Source: Malacoraja senta (lineage: Eukaryota). From it: a stretch of DNA of 64,000 nt. How positions within the stretch are numbered: the stretch's first letter is position 1; each line of letters starts with the position of its first letter. Positions 24,723-37,657 of this stretch are shown one piece after another. The stretch spans positions 1 to 64,000 of the forward strand of contig JAXLNO010001731.1 in the NCBI GenBank assembly GCA_038087875.1, given 5' to 3'. Under the pieces are notes generated by a model, which worked only from the letters and a program-made list of their open reading frames with translations, had not been told where the DNA came from and ran no database searches. The translations under genes and the position numbers were made by a program.

Positions 24723-26296
24723 TTATCTCATCCTCATTATAGCTGTTTTTAGGGCAGTGTGAATTGCAAGTGAGATTCTGGATGTGTACGCAGGATCTGG
24801 TATGGAGGGCTCCTCCTACTGCCAGCCATACAATGTCTTGGTGATTGTTGGTGAGTTCTGGTGAAGCAGCATTCTGCCAAATGATCTTGACTATCCCACA
24901 AGATCCATTGTGTCCTCTCACAAGGCTTGCAGGATGCATCGTGCAGTCTGTGGTCTGAGGACTCCTGATGGGTATGATGGGTATGATGCACCAAAACAGC
25001 AAATGGCTCAAAAGTGTTTATCTGAAGGAATTTACCTACAAAGGAAATGTTGTGCATCAAAGTCCAACTGAGTGGAACATTCTGTGCCAAATGTTGTGCA
25101 TCAAAGTCCAATTGAATGGAACATTGTGTAGCAAAGAGACCAGATCCATCCTTTGCAGTACCAGGCACAGGCAACCCTCATTGACACTTGTGTGCGCATT
25201 TTGCTTCTATTCAGTTTCATGCTGCTACACGCAAGGGAGGCAACGTCAGTTATGCTTTCTATCGTGTTCTCTGGTTCATCTTGCATCCATGGATGAAAAC
25301 AAAAAATGGCTTAGGTGACTCCCACAGAGCAGGAGCTACCACAGTACAACAACATAGAGAGCATCTTGCACCTGATGATCAGCTTTTTGCCTGCAGTTGA
25401 GAGGGGGCACTGCTTCCATATTCCCAATTTCTGTTGGATCCATTCTAGCCAACTTTTGTTGCATTTTATTGATAACATTTTAAACGTTTAATTGGCTGTA
25501 ATGCACTCTGGTGTCTCATAAGATTGAAAGGCACTAGATCTCTTTTTGAATGTCAACATGTGGATCCAGCAATGTACCATTTTATTTGCAACTTTCAGAT
25601 ATTTTTCTTTATTTTCGTGGTGTTTCTCAGCTTATTTTTTCACTTGATAAACATTCCTTTAATTTGTATGTATCTCAGACAGAAAACATGTACATTTGTT
25701 TCCACTATTCTTGAGTGTTTGAATTTACTAACATTTAAACTCATTAATTGTATTTATGACATAACTCATCACTTCTGATTCGTGCCTTTCAGTTTTCTTC
25801 TTGTCCTGTTTTCCCCACTATTCACATTTACATGTAAAAGTGTCAATATTAAATTTTATACTGACATTTTAACACAATAATCTTCTGTTTCTATTCCAAA
25901 TTTTTAATGAAGGGCTACATTCAATGCAGGAGCCAGGAAATCTGTATATTTAATCTGCTAAATGTGGCGATTGTTGTAATTTTTGGATTTTCTAGTATAG
26001 TGAAATAGCTGGTTTTGTATCTAGAACATCAAATAATAACCATACCAATGGAACCCTAATATGACACTAATTGATGTTGAAGCTAACATGATTTGAAAAA
26101 AATGAAATATAGCTATACAATTAAATTATAATTTCACCATTTGAATACATTTATAAGTAATTCCATGAATGCAATTAATAAACGGAGAAGATTCCTTAGG
26201 GAGGTGGTGGAAACAATTAATAATGATTATTCATTCACAAATTATTTATTTCACCGTTACCCTCTTAAGATTAACCTAGCAATAATTTGAAACATT

Positions 26297-26556
26297 TAAA
26301 CACACCTGAGCAATTACAAACACCTATGAAGCCATGTGTCCCAAACATTATGGTGCCCTGAAATGAGGGGACTATTTATAAACACAGCTGAAATTTCTAC
26401 ATGGTGAAACCAAAATGTGTAAAAATGGCCTTGAATAAAATCTGACAATGTGCACTTTAATCACATGTGATTTTTTCTATTACAAATCTCAAATTGTGGA
26501 GTACAGAGGCAAATAAATAAATTATGAGTCTGTTCCAAACATTATGGAGGGTACTG
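26297..26556 (-). mobile_element. Solo 5' end of the second Tc1 family
   Basis: Reverse complement of 17511-~17795, including non-TIR sequence. Ends ...ATGGAGGGTACTG and abuts a SINE tail. Confidence 0.85.
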
Positions 26557-26856
26557 GACAGCGTGGAAATAGCCCCTTCGGCCTACCGGGTCCGCGCCGA
26601 TCAGCGACCCCCAAACATTAACACTATCCTCCACCCACTGGGAACAATTTTTACATTTTACCAAGCCAATTAACCTACAAACCTGTACGTCTTTGGAGTG
26701 TGGGAGGAAACTGAAGATCTCGGAGAAAACCTACGCAGGTCACGGGGAGAACGTACAAACTCCGTACAGACAGCACCCATGGTCGGGATCGAACCCGGTC
26801 TCCGGCACTGCATGCGCTGCAAGGCAGCAACTCTACCGCTGTGCCACCGTGGCCGC
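26557..26856 (-). mobile_element. HE1/V-SINE-type SINE (best-preserved copy)
   Basis: Minus strand GGTGGCACAGCGGTAGAG (A box), GGTTCGATCCCG (B box), GGAGTTTGTACGTTCTCCCCGTGACC body and CR1-type tail. Confidence 0.88.
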
Positions 26857-28593
26857 TCTAAGGCCCTTTTAGATGAATATATTGCACCATTTTCACATGT
26901 TTTATGCAGTACCATCAAAAATATCTTCGCAAGCATTCAGAGCTTAAAACCAGATTGTATTTTAATAAATGGCTTGATAAATCTAAGTGTATCAAGATGA
27001 TTTGCTCCCGTTTAAATGTGAGTACCCTACAGAAGTTTGAAATTTTCGAGTTTCTGAAGGTTATCATATTAGTGTCAGATGGAGATTTGTGCAAATAGAA
27101 CTTTCCTGTTTGACCTCTACAACTAATAGAGTATCCTATAGTTCACCGTTGATGTCTGATATTGTGCCTGGGTAGGAAGACTCCAATGAATTGTTTGTAA
27201 AATAAACATTTGGTAAGATGAGGTATTTTCTATGAGATGTTGTTTCCTGTCTGATTTGTTTTAATTTTAAGAAACCAGCTGATTCCATTTCCACATCATT
27301 TTGAATTTAATTGAATAAGTTTTATAGGTGTTTTGGTATCAAAATTAAATGGAATAATTGAACAAGCAAACATAATCTCCACTTAACAAAAAATGAGAAC
27401 CACTTGAAGAATGCCTGTCTGAATACTCCAGCTTTGAATCTACAGACTATTTGTTGTCATGGAGACAATTCCTGGGGCAATTGCTTTGAATGGTGTCAGT
27501 AAACAGGAAGCTAGGCCTTGCTCCGCAATCATTCTATTACAGGAAAGCATTGATAAAAGTTCCATTATGCAATGGGAAATGAGCCCTTGAGAAAGAGAAG
27601 CTGAAAGATAAGTGGAAACGGAATGGTCTGAAGTACAAAAGATTTGTAAATAGTTGAAGAAAATCTTGCAATAATATGCATTGAAAAGTATGATTATTTA
27701 AACTTCAACCCTGTTTTAACTTGCCATCTTGTAAATCATGCTTACTTGAATATGAAAAAATTCTCATGTTAATTCTCCCTCAGTTGTGTTATAGTGAAAT
27801 GCCTCTGGTAACGCAACTTACTCCTCAAGAGGAATTTGGGGATTTTTTATAAATCATCCACCTGTGTTTGCCAAATCATGACAGACATTTAAACCCAGTT
27901 CTTGAATTGATGTAAAGTGTAGCACCGCTGGAGTCCAGTGAATCAGAGGCACAGTTGTGCTGTTTTTGGTATCAATCAGAGGAAGGCAATTGGAGGTCAT
28001 AAACGTTTTACAGGATCTAAGTCGTTCAGACGATTAGTCATGTGGTCTACATAATGACACTTTGCAGTGTGTCATTATGTGGTCTACATAATGACATGCA
28101 GCAATTAGGCCGAAGAATTTGTTGAACAATTATAAAATCATTACAATCAATAGAGAAATGGAAAAAAAGTTGATATAATAGTTGAAAATTGTTCAGAATA
28201 AAAAGCATGTTGAATGTAGTTAAGCGCTTGTTCATACTAGCGGCTGTTTATTTGTTGCAGCATTTAAGGCATAATTGGAGGTCCCATTCTTTGAGGCAAT
28301 ATTTTGGGTATACTCAGGAGAATTATCGTAATATTCTACACAATGTTTAACCTTCAACCAATATCATTGAAAACACTTTGTCCAATACTATCTGTGGGAC
28401 AATGTTTTGTGCTTGCTGACCACCATGTGTTGTACATTACAAAGTATGTTGTAAGTGAGCTTGGTAGCATCATTTTGCACTATATATTTCCTCAGTGTTC
28501 CCTAGAAGTTTTGCAAATACTATTCGATGAGAGTGTTAGCATGGGTAATGAACATTTATTTGATGTATACAGAGCAAGCAAACCAGGACCTCA

Positions 28594-28716
28594 GGGTACA
28601 CAAAAATGCTGGAGAAACTCAGCGTGTGCAGCAGCATCTATGGAGCGAAGGAAATAGGTAACGTTTCGGGCCGAAACCCTTCTTCAGACTGATAGGGGGT
28701 AGGGAGAAGAAAGGAG
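28594..28716 (-). mobile_element. 123-bp Penelope-derived element with intact hammerhead core
   Basis: Exact 13-bp TSD AACCAGGACCTCA at 28581-93 and 28717-29. Minus strand reads CTGAAGA-A-GGGT-TTCG-GCCC-GAAA-CGTT. Confidence 0.88.
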
Positions 28717-28849
28717 AACCAGGACCTCAAACTGATTTAATGCCAAATCTGCTTTTTCAGAGGCGAGTACACCAATAAGATGCGCTTAACATTTCACTGC
28801 TGAAGTCGTGATCAGTAACACGAAGGACCATTCAGTGAGATCACAGCTT

Positions 28850-29415
28850 CAAGTCAAGTCAACTTTATTTGTCACATACACATACAAGATGTGCAGTGAA
28901 ATGAAAGTAGCAATGCCTGCGGATTGTGCAAAAACTATAGAACAGAATAGAACAGAATCAGTATTTACATGTTAGAACCAATTTTTTTACAAAAGACACA
29001 ACACAACAGTAAATTAGTACAGTAAATTAGTCCCTGGTGAGATAAGAGTTTACAGTTCTGATGGCCTGTGGGAAGAAACTCCGTCTCATCCTCACTGTTC
29101 TTACAGCATGACAGCGGAGGCATTTGCCTGACCGTAGCAGCTGGAACAGTCTGTTGCTGGGGTCCCCCATAATGTTGCTGGCTCTGGATCTGCACCTCCT
29201 GGTGTATAGGTCCTGCAGGGTGGCGAGTGAAGTTCCCATAGTGCATTCGGCTGAACGCACTACTCTCTGCAGAGCCTTCCGATCCTGGGCAGAGCTGTTC
29301 CCAAACCAGTTTGTGATGTTGCCGGACAAAATGCTTTCTTCAGCCCCAGAGTAGAAGCACTGAAGGATCCTCAGAGAGACTCTGAATTTCCTCAGCTGCC
29401 TGAGGTGGTAAAAGC
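28850..29415 (-). mobile_element. Rex1/Babar LINE 3' fragment
   Basis: ORF 29027-29473(-): FYHLRQLRKF..ESILSGNITNWFGNSSAQDRKALQRVVRSAE..LFQLLRSGK..RMRRSFFPQAIR. Tail GTGACAAATAAAG(TTGAC)n. Confidence 0.88.
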
Positions 29416-31375
29416 TTACATGCTGCCATGGAACAAATGTAAGAAGGAGATTAATTTCTGCAGGCAAGCACAATTAAAGATAAATCTGCACAATCTGGAT
29501 TGACAAAATTGAAGACATTGAGATAAAAAAAAGCTACATCTTTTGATTGACACAGATTTGTTGAAATCGTAGCATAGTGAAGGTGATGTTCATCGAGTTG
29601 CTGATGAAATGAAATTAATACTGCGATTCAGGGAACAGTAGGTGGTGACTGAGGAGGACCCCAGTGATAGCTTTTGGGAATCCCTGGTCCAAGGTAGCTC
29701 AAACAGGATGGCATTGAGATCCTTGGTTCAATGGTTTGGGGGGCATTCAGAATTCAAGGTAAGTGATGGAAAGAGCATGCCACCTTGCCATGTTATTCAT
29801 TCATTTGTCCCTTCAAGAACCTCCTGACTCTGGTGACAAAGTGTGCAGGTCCCACATTAACCTGAGCAATTAAAGAACCAGAGCAGAAGGAAATGATCCT
29901 TGATCCTGTGGGACTGCTTAGGAAGTATGTCAGTTGCCACATAGTTGATTGGTTCCCATTTTTAAGTCAGAAGGTAGTGTATCCATGTCCTACTTGAGCA
30001 ACAAAAAAGTCGCAAATGCAAATGCAAAAAGATTGTTGAAACAATTGAAGGACTGACTTTTGAATCGGGTATTAAATTGTGACCTTTTGACCTCTCTTAA
30101 CAGACCACCGAGTTCTCTCCATTTATGGGCCAATGTTCATAATTCAATCGACATAAGATTATATTCCTAATCTTGTGTGCCAGTTGACAGCCTTATACCC
30201 ACTTTAAAGTAGCAATCAAAATCAAATTGAAGAAGATTATACTTCAAATACAAACTTTTTAATGGTATTAACTAAAACATAGTTGTTAAATAATTTTGTT
30301 ACGAATAATAGTTTTTATGTTTCAGCGGGTCCATATGTTGTGCATCCTCATATTTCATGCCAATGTTTTCATTGTCATTCATTTATTTCCTTAATTTAAA
30401 ATAGTTTAGGCTGTGTCAATTTAGAATTATAATGTCATAGTGAAAACCATATTGAGTAACCGTATAATTGGAATGAGTTTGGGCAAGAAGTTCACATGAT
30501 AGGGATGGGCACCTTTATTTCCAAATTCCAGATGATTTAAAAATATCTAAATAACGAAAATAAAATTTGAAATGAAGTAAACAGTTTGCAAATTGGGAGG
30601 TCAAAAAGTTTATTCTCAAAGATTAACTGATCTGTTAAAAAATAATGCGATCCCCTTAGGTCCAGGAATGTTTTCTACATCCGTATTTTCAGTAGTTGAA
30701 TCTAATAGTTCATTGATGGATTTTGTGTGCCAACTAAACTTTGGTGTGAGTTCTTGATCATGCAGAGAAAGGCATTGAGCAGAATACCAAGCAACAGGCT
30801 TAGAAATGGGAAAATTGTTTGTTCTTCATTCAAGCATTCTTCAATGTCAAAATAAATCTTGGTTCTGCTTGACAAATACATACATAAAATCTTGTTTCAG
30901 TTAAGGGGACCATAAAACATAAAACAACCATCTGTGCTTCCTTCAGGGAAGAAAATCACACATACATTTTTGATCTGGCCTATATATGATACCATTTACA
31001 ACAATGTGATTGGCTCAACTGCCTTCTGAAATGATCTTGCAAACCTTTTGGTTGCATTATAATCGCTGCATAAAAAATGAATATGAATAAAATAGGATGG
31101 ACACTTGGCATCTACCAAGATGCAGGTCCTTTATAGCTTACATACATCTGACTTGTATAGAGCCTCGACATAAATTGGCATTTCTCATGCTGGCGGTATG
31201 GATTTCCAGCTGCTGTGGGACTGCAGACATCATCTGACATGGGGATTGTTTACTGCCACATTTCAACGTGATCTGTTTGGGTTACGAATAGTTCACAGGA
31301 ACTCTGCTGTAATCTGGGGAAGACCTGAACTGAATTTTGATATTGATTGTTAGTTGTCAGCCCAGTTAACTGTAG

Positions 31376-31497
31376 ACTTTAGAAATATCGTGCGGAAACA
31401 GGCCTTTCGCCCACCGAGTGTGTGCCGACCAGCAATCACTAGTACTAACTTACACAATAGGGACAATTTATCATTTTACTGAAGCCAATTAACCTAT
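31376..31497 (-). mobile_element. HE1-type SINE 3' fragment
   Basis: GGAAACAGGCCTTTCGCCCACCGAG…GAAGCCAATTAACCTA matches the tail of the other copies. Confidence 0.7.
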
Positions 31498-32154
31498 ATA
31501 TGTAATCAAATAAGTAGATGTTTTCATGATGCATTTCAGTGGTTCCTGAGCTAAGCCACACTTAATTTGGGAAGTTTATTTAAAGCTATGTTATGAGTGT
31601 ACATATAATACCAAATTATTTTATGACATAAAACAATAATACAGTAATTCACAACAAGAGCCATTGCCACTGATAGACGCCTGTTAATGCTAGGTAGCAT
31701 TTGTACTATTTCTGTAATCTCTAAGCACTTTGACTAAGATTTTATTTTTAGCAAACATATACTGGGACATGTCTTGATAGCCAGGAGTAAGTACCACTGG
31801 TTTTCATCTGGTCAAATGTCATGAATTCTCTGACTTTCAAACCTGCATTGTAGGGATTGGTGCTGTATCTGTCATTGTGCTCTTGTAGCTGGACACATTC
31901 TTGCTGAGGTTCCCTAGGATTTGATGCTGTGCTGTACCTCTTTGATTTTATACTGATTCAGGATCAACAGCTCTATTGATATCCAAGAGTATTTTAAGTC
32001 TATGGAATAGGAGGTAAAGGGAATGTAACTATATTAACCACAATTATTTTACATTAGTTTAATATTTTTAATTATTTCTAAGTATTTTGTTTATTTTTTT
32101 AGTTCTAATTTTTATTTTTCAATTCATTATCTCAATTTTAAGAAGATTTCTCAG

Positions 32155-33147
32155 TGATGGGGAAAATATAAGCATTGTTAGGTTTAGGAAGCTGAAATTA
32201 GACAAAGCCTTTGAACAGAAAAAAAGCAGGAAATAACTCAAGCAGGGAATTGGAAGGGCCAGAAGAGACCATGATTTGTCATTGGTAAATCAGATTACAG
32301 GTAATCCACAAGGTTTTTAAACATACATTAAAAACAAGAGGGTAATTTGAGAGAAGGCAATATCACTCAAGGATAAAGGAAAGGCTTTATCCTTGTAGTT
32401 GGAGGATGTACGGCGGTACTAAATGAGTACTTGCATTGGTATTCACGAAGAAGGGGATGGATGATAGTAGGACCAGTGAGGTATACAAATATGCTAGGGC
32501 ATTTTAGGATCAAGAAAGTAGTGGTGTTGAATCTCTTGAAGAGCATTATTGTGAATAAATCCTCAGAACCTGATGGGATCCATCCCTGAATAATGATGGA
32601 GGCAAGAGACAGGTTTTCTGGGGCCTTGATGGAAGATCTTTGTATTCTGTCCAGCTGCTGATGAGGTTCCAGAGGCCTAGAGAACGGTTCCTTTGTTTAA
32701 GAAAGGAAATAGTAATAATTCAGGAAATTATAGGATATGGAGCTTCACGTCAGTGGGAAGGAACATATTGGTAAGGATTCTCATTGATAAGATCGCTTGC
32801 ATTTCGAAGAGTATTGACTAAATTGGGACTGTTAGTATGGTTTTGTCTGGGGCACGTCAAGTCTTATAAACTTGATTGACCTTTATGAGGAGGTGAGAAA
32901 TGTGATTGATGAGGGTAGGGCAATGGTTATTGGCTGCATATACTTTATTAAGGCATTTGATAAGGTCCCTCTCAGTAGGCTGATTTGGAAGATTAAAATG
33001 CTAGGAATACAAAGTAATTTGATCGTTTGGATTAAGAACTGTTTTACCTTTAGAAGACAAAAAGTAGTGGTGGAAGTGTGTTGTTCTATGACCATAGTGA
33101 GGACTATGACCAGTGGTATTCTACAGAGATTTATGTTGGGACCTTTA
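32155..33147 (+). mobile_element. CR1 LINE reverse transcriptase fragment
   Basis: Peptides NKSSEPDGIHP, LFKKG..NNSGNYR and LIDLYEEV..IDEGRA..FIKAFDKVP..RRQKVVV..TSGILQRFMLGPL. Many stops. Confidence 0.88.
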
Positions 33148-33331
33148 TGCAGGAAGGATCTGCAGATACTGGTTTAAACTGAAGATAAACACAAAATGCT
33201 GGAGTAACTCAGCGGGACAGGCAGCATCTCTGGAGAGAAGGAATGGGAGACGTATCAGGTTGAGACCCGCAACATCATCCATTCCTTCTCTCAAGAGATG
33301 CTGCCTGTTCCGCTGAGTTACTCCAGCATTA
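33148..33331. mobile_element. Fold-back Penelope-derived element with collapsed ribozyme centre
   Basis: AATGCTGGAGTAACTCAGCGGGACAGGCAGCATCTCTGGAGAGAAGGAATGG is mirrored by CCATTCCTTCTCTCAAGAGATGCTGCCTGTTCCGCTGAGTTACTCCAGCATT. Confidence 0.85.
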
Positions 33332-34154
33332 TTATCCAGCATAATAATCATAGGTTGGTAAGAGGAGAGAATAATACCTGCATTTATGATTTATTATTTA
33401 GTTGTGGTTTCATAATCGGGCTATTATACATTCCTTTCCACATTCTGGAAACAATTTTACCAGGGTTTATCACCAACAAGAAAACATTTTTTTTTTAATG
33501 TTGGAAGTGAAAAAAACATTGGGCAAATGATAACTGATGACCTGCTGTTATTATTATTAAAAAATAGAGCTTAATATCACTTGAACTGACAAATATATTG
33601 CGATATAACTTTTCCAGATCTCTGCCTATTAAAATAGAATATATTGTAGATTATATATTGAAAATTACTACGTTCTCATTTCCAACATATTTGCAATAAT
33701 CATTTGAATCTATGTGATTTGGATTTCTTAAAAACATTGATTGGTACAACGAGCAATCTATATACTTAAAATATTTGGAACATCCTGGTCACTTAAAGGT
33801 TTGCTGAATCATCGAAAATTAGTCAATTATCCCAAGGCTGTTCAGGGAGTAATGTTACCATCTGGCAGTCTCTCAGGAACACAGAATTTTTCAATTTTCA
33901 GATTATGTTTGTTAGTTGGTCACAATGGGTGTTTGAAAAGCCGGCATGAATAGGCCTCATTCCCCCCCTGAGATACGAAGGAAAATCTCAGCCGAGATTT
34001 CTGTTCCTGAATGATAGGAAGTGACCTCTGTTGCATGGGTGTCTTGTAGCACGAGGCTCAGCTGTGTTGTATCAGGGGTGATTAGATCATCAGGCCATAA
34101 AGATGTGCAAAATCCTTTCATCTCAAGTATTCGTCATAATCTTTGTGGAAGTTT

Positions 34155-35140
34155 TACTAAATACATGACAGGGGAAATTAAGGCGTTGGTCAAAAACACA
34201 AAGGATGCATGGGACAGGTATGGCAGCTGGGATCAAGTGCATCCCGAGAGGAATTTTGGGAACTAAGGAGTAAACTGAAAAAGGAGATCAGAAGGGCAAA
34301 AAGGGGCAAGGAGATAGCTCTCGCGGGTAGCATTAAGGACAATCGCAAAATATTTTATACATGTACGAGACTAAGTGGGAAGCCTGGTCCCTCAAAGCAA
34401 CCTGTTCCCCAATGCAATATTCCACCACTCACCCGTTCCCCCAATGCAACCCGTCCCCCCAACGCAATATTGCACCACTCATGCACAGCCCCCAACTGCG
34501 CAGGCAGTGCTCATTTCCCCTCATCCCCCAGCACTCCCTCCCACTCCTCTTCACCCTCCTCCCTCTTCTTTCCCCTCTCCTCCGCCCCACCCACAATCCC
34601 TCCCTCACCTCTCCCTCCCTCTCCTTTCCCCTACCCTCAGTCACTCCCTGCCTCCATCCATAAAAAGCAGAATCTGCAGTTCCTTCCCCCACAGGTCATT
34701 CATTGTTAGCTGTGGTTTAGATCCCGTTGACTTGACGATTGGACCAGTTTGCATTGTGTGTTTGTGTGTGTGTGTGTGAGTTACTCATGAGAGGAATTGA
34801 TCGGGTAGATGCACAGAGTCTCTTGCCCAGAGTAGAGGAATCGAGGACCAGAGGACGTAAGTTCAAGGTGAAGGGGAAAAGATTTAATAAGAATCTGAGG
34901 GGTAACTTTTTCACACAAAGGGTGGTCGGTGTATGGAACAAGCTGCCAGAGGAGGTAGTTGAGGCTGCGACTATCCCATCATTTAAGAAACAGTTAGACG
35001 GGTACATGGGTAGGACAGGTTTGGAGGGATATGGATCAAGCGCTGGCAAGTGGGACTAGTGTAGCTGGGACATTGTTGGCCGGTGTGGGCAATTTGGGCC
35101 GACGGGGCCAGGTTCTACACTGTATCACTCTATGACTCTA
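34155..35140 (+). mobile_element. CR1 (HER1-like) LINE pieces flanking an insertion
   Basis: 34155-34362 encodes KLKKEIRRAKRGKEIALAGSIKDNRKIFY. 34786-35059 encodes MRGIDRVDA..SRTRGRKFKVKG..FFTQRVVGVWNKLPEEVVEA..FKKQLD, followed by a 3' UTR with CTCTATGA tail. Confidence 0.88.
34364..34785 (-). mobile_element. Helitron-like non-autonomous element fragment
   Basis: Starts ACGAGACTAAGTGGGA..GGTCCC, similar to the end at 8982. Contains internal tandem CCCGTTCCCCCAATGCAA repeats, a polypyrimidine tract and (TG)n. Confidence 0.45.
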
Positions 35141-35529
35141 TTACTTATTCCCACATATATTGTGCAGGTCACCGCGCCCAGCTCAGCTCTCTTCTGTGCA
35201 ATTTAAGTCCAGTGAAATGAAGATGGGATTTTGATGGTACAATATACATAGCAAAAAAGTATTGATCATTTTGAAGTATCAAAATAAAAGAGAGATGAGA
35301 GAAATTTGGCTTAAAACCCGGAAACGAATGGATGAGGCTGCAATGCTGGAACATATATTGATAGTATATGATGTAATGTTCAGCCACTGTTTGAACAAAA
35401 TGTCAGGTTTTGGCACAAACAGCTGACTGGACAGGGAGTAGGGTGAGTGGGAATGGGTGAAGGATAAACAGTGATTGTACTCTCTATACTGTTTTATCAT
35501 TTGATGCCAAGAAGCAGCCTGACGCATGG

Positions 35530-36730
35530 AGTCATAGAATTAGCAAAACACAAGAGGAATACATTTTTCTATCTGGTCAAGGCCACTATTTGTTGAAGAA
35601 TATCTAATTGGCCTCATTTCCAACTCTTTTTGTACATTTTTTTTTTCTTTCAATTATTTATCTAATTCCTTTAGAAAGCCATGACTGAACCTGCTTTCTT
35701 CACCCTTCCGGGCAGAATGTTGCAGATCATTCACAGTATGAATATTTTCACTTAATACTTTCCTTTTGCTTGCCAATCAATGTAAATCTATACCTACTGC
35801 TGCTTGACCCATCTATTATAGGAAACAGTTCCTCAGTATTTATTTTATCTTCATGACCTTGAACACAAAATATCTCAAGTCTACATTTTTCATTCTAAAT
35901 GCAATCACCCTACCTTCCCAGTTTATCCACATAACTCAATTCCCTCATCCTTGGAACTATCTTGGTAAATTGTTTCTATACCCAAAAAAACTTGTCTTGA
36001 ATACAGTTTTTTAGATTTGATTTTCTTGCTAAAACGTGTTACATTTTTAGGCATAAACTGTAATCTTCTAAATGCGCCCTCATTCCAGTATTGCCTCTCT
36101 ATGTCCTCTTGATGTCCAACATTAACCCCCTCACTGTTTACTGGATTTCCAAGTTTTGTCTTCTGCACAATCCAAAATGTTTCCCAGTACATTCAGTGCA
36201 GAGTTATACATAAATGAAAGCTATATCCAAGGAAAAATCTTCAGGGAACAACATTGTAAACCTATTCCTTTACAAAAAAAAGCAGTCACCACCATTCTGT
36301 TTCCTGTTCCTAAGCCAATTTTATTGAGCAGTTTATTCCATAGGATTAAATTTTGCTGACAGGATTTATCAAACACCTTTTAAATATTTTTCCATGACAT
36401 CAACTACATTATCTTTATTTGTTCTCTCTTAACTGATCAGTACTTTCAAATAATTACTTAGACATTTGCCTTCAACAAATGTTACGCTTTATTATTGTAC
36501 ACATGTCCAAAGGACAGTAATTGTTGTCTTTTATTATATCTAGCAGTTTTCCAACTTCGGAATTTTGAGTGCTTGGCCTGTGGTTGCTGATTTTATCCTT
36601 GCATCCTTGTTTGGACATGCATATGGAATTTGTAATTTTCCAGTCCTCTGGGATTATCATTATCATCACCAACTCCTCCAACATTGCATCCTGGAGCATC
36701 TGATGTCCCATCCCTCTGCAAATTTCATCT
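35530..36730 (-). mobile_element. Highly decayed CR1 LINE
   Basis: Minus-strand peptide IPEDWKITNSICMSKQGCKDKISNHRP..SEVGKLL (CR1 RT entry motif), with further CR1-like pieces to the left. Confidence 0.55.
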
Positions 36731-37430
36731 ACTTTTTTAGTATCTCATCTGATCCTGGTGACCCTTCTACTGAAAGTTCAACTACCTTTCCAGTACAATA
36801 TTTCATAGAAGAGTTTCAAAAAGTATTTGATAATTTGCTGTGGTGATTATGAAAAGGTCTCACGAGCTTGAGGTAATATATTAACATGTAGTAATACAGA
36901 GTTAGAATCGATGAGTCATGTTCAGCTTGGCATGCTGTTATAGTTGCAGATTCACAGGATTCAGCTATTTAAAATCCATATTACAGCAGATGAAAGAACA
37001 AAATATATATCTTAGGTTTTCTGTCATAGGATGCAATGTGAGAAAGTGACCTGTGGTCAAATTGTCACCTATTATGCAGCATAATTCTAAATGTCTATCA
37101 GTTTCTTGCTTGTATCATGTGTTCCTATTCAATTTTGTTAGCTTTTCTTGATCATAAACCTTACCACGAAACGTCATCTGTCCGTTTCCTGCTGCAAATA
37201 CCTGACCTCCTGAATTCTTGCACTTTATTTTTGCTTAAAAACTCTCCTGAATAAACATACTTGAATATTAAAAGCAATGCTTAATATTTTATTAATTGAT
37301 GTAAGTGGTTTATGTTACTGTTCATTCAACAATTTACTATTTTGATTGAACAAAATTCCAGCTGCTTCATTTGCTTTGATACTAAAGGCTGCGTGATGCT
37401 TTTTCATCTCCACAACTGCCATACTATTTT

Positions 37431-37657
37431 AGACACAAAGTGCTGGAGTAACTAGCGGGTCAGGCAGCATCTCTGGAAAAAAAGGATGGGTGCTGTTTCG
37501 AGTCCGGACCCTTCTTCAGGCCTAAAACATCAGTCCTGACCCAAAACGGCACCCATCTTTTTTTTTTTCTCCAGAGATGCTGCCTGACCCGCTGAATTAC
37601 TCCAGCACTTTGTGTCTATATTTGCTATAAACTAGCATCTGCAGTTCTTTCTTTCTA
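37431..37657. mobile_element. Fold-back Penelope-derived element
   Basis: Inverted arms AGACACAAAGTGCTGGAGTAA…GGATGGGTGC and GCACCCATC…TTACTCCAGCACTTTGTGTCT. Minus-strand CTGAAGAAGGGTCCGGACTCGAAAC. TSD CCAT(A/G)CTATTTT at 37419-30 and 37658-69. Confidence 0.85.

Noticed and set aside
26790-26856. tRNA-like A/B boxes
   Set aside because: SINE head fused to a repeat body with several copies in the window; not a tRNA gene.
29708-29764. MALRSLVQWFGGHSEFK followed by GTAAGT (phase 0)
   Set aside because: No acceptor or promoter evidence and the surroundings look like an old repeat; kept only as a weak possibility.
34209-34779. Long Pro/Ser-rich ORFs (166, 134 and 100 aa)
   Set aside because: Read-through from a CR1 fragment into low-complexity C-rich repeat.
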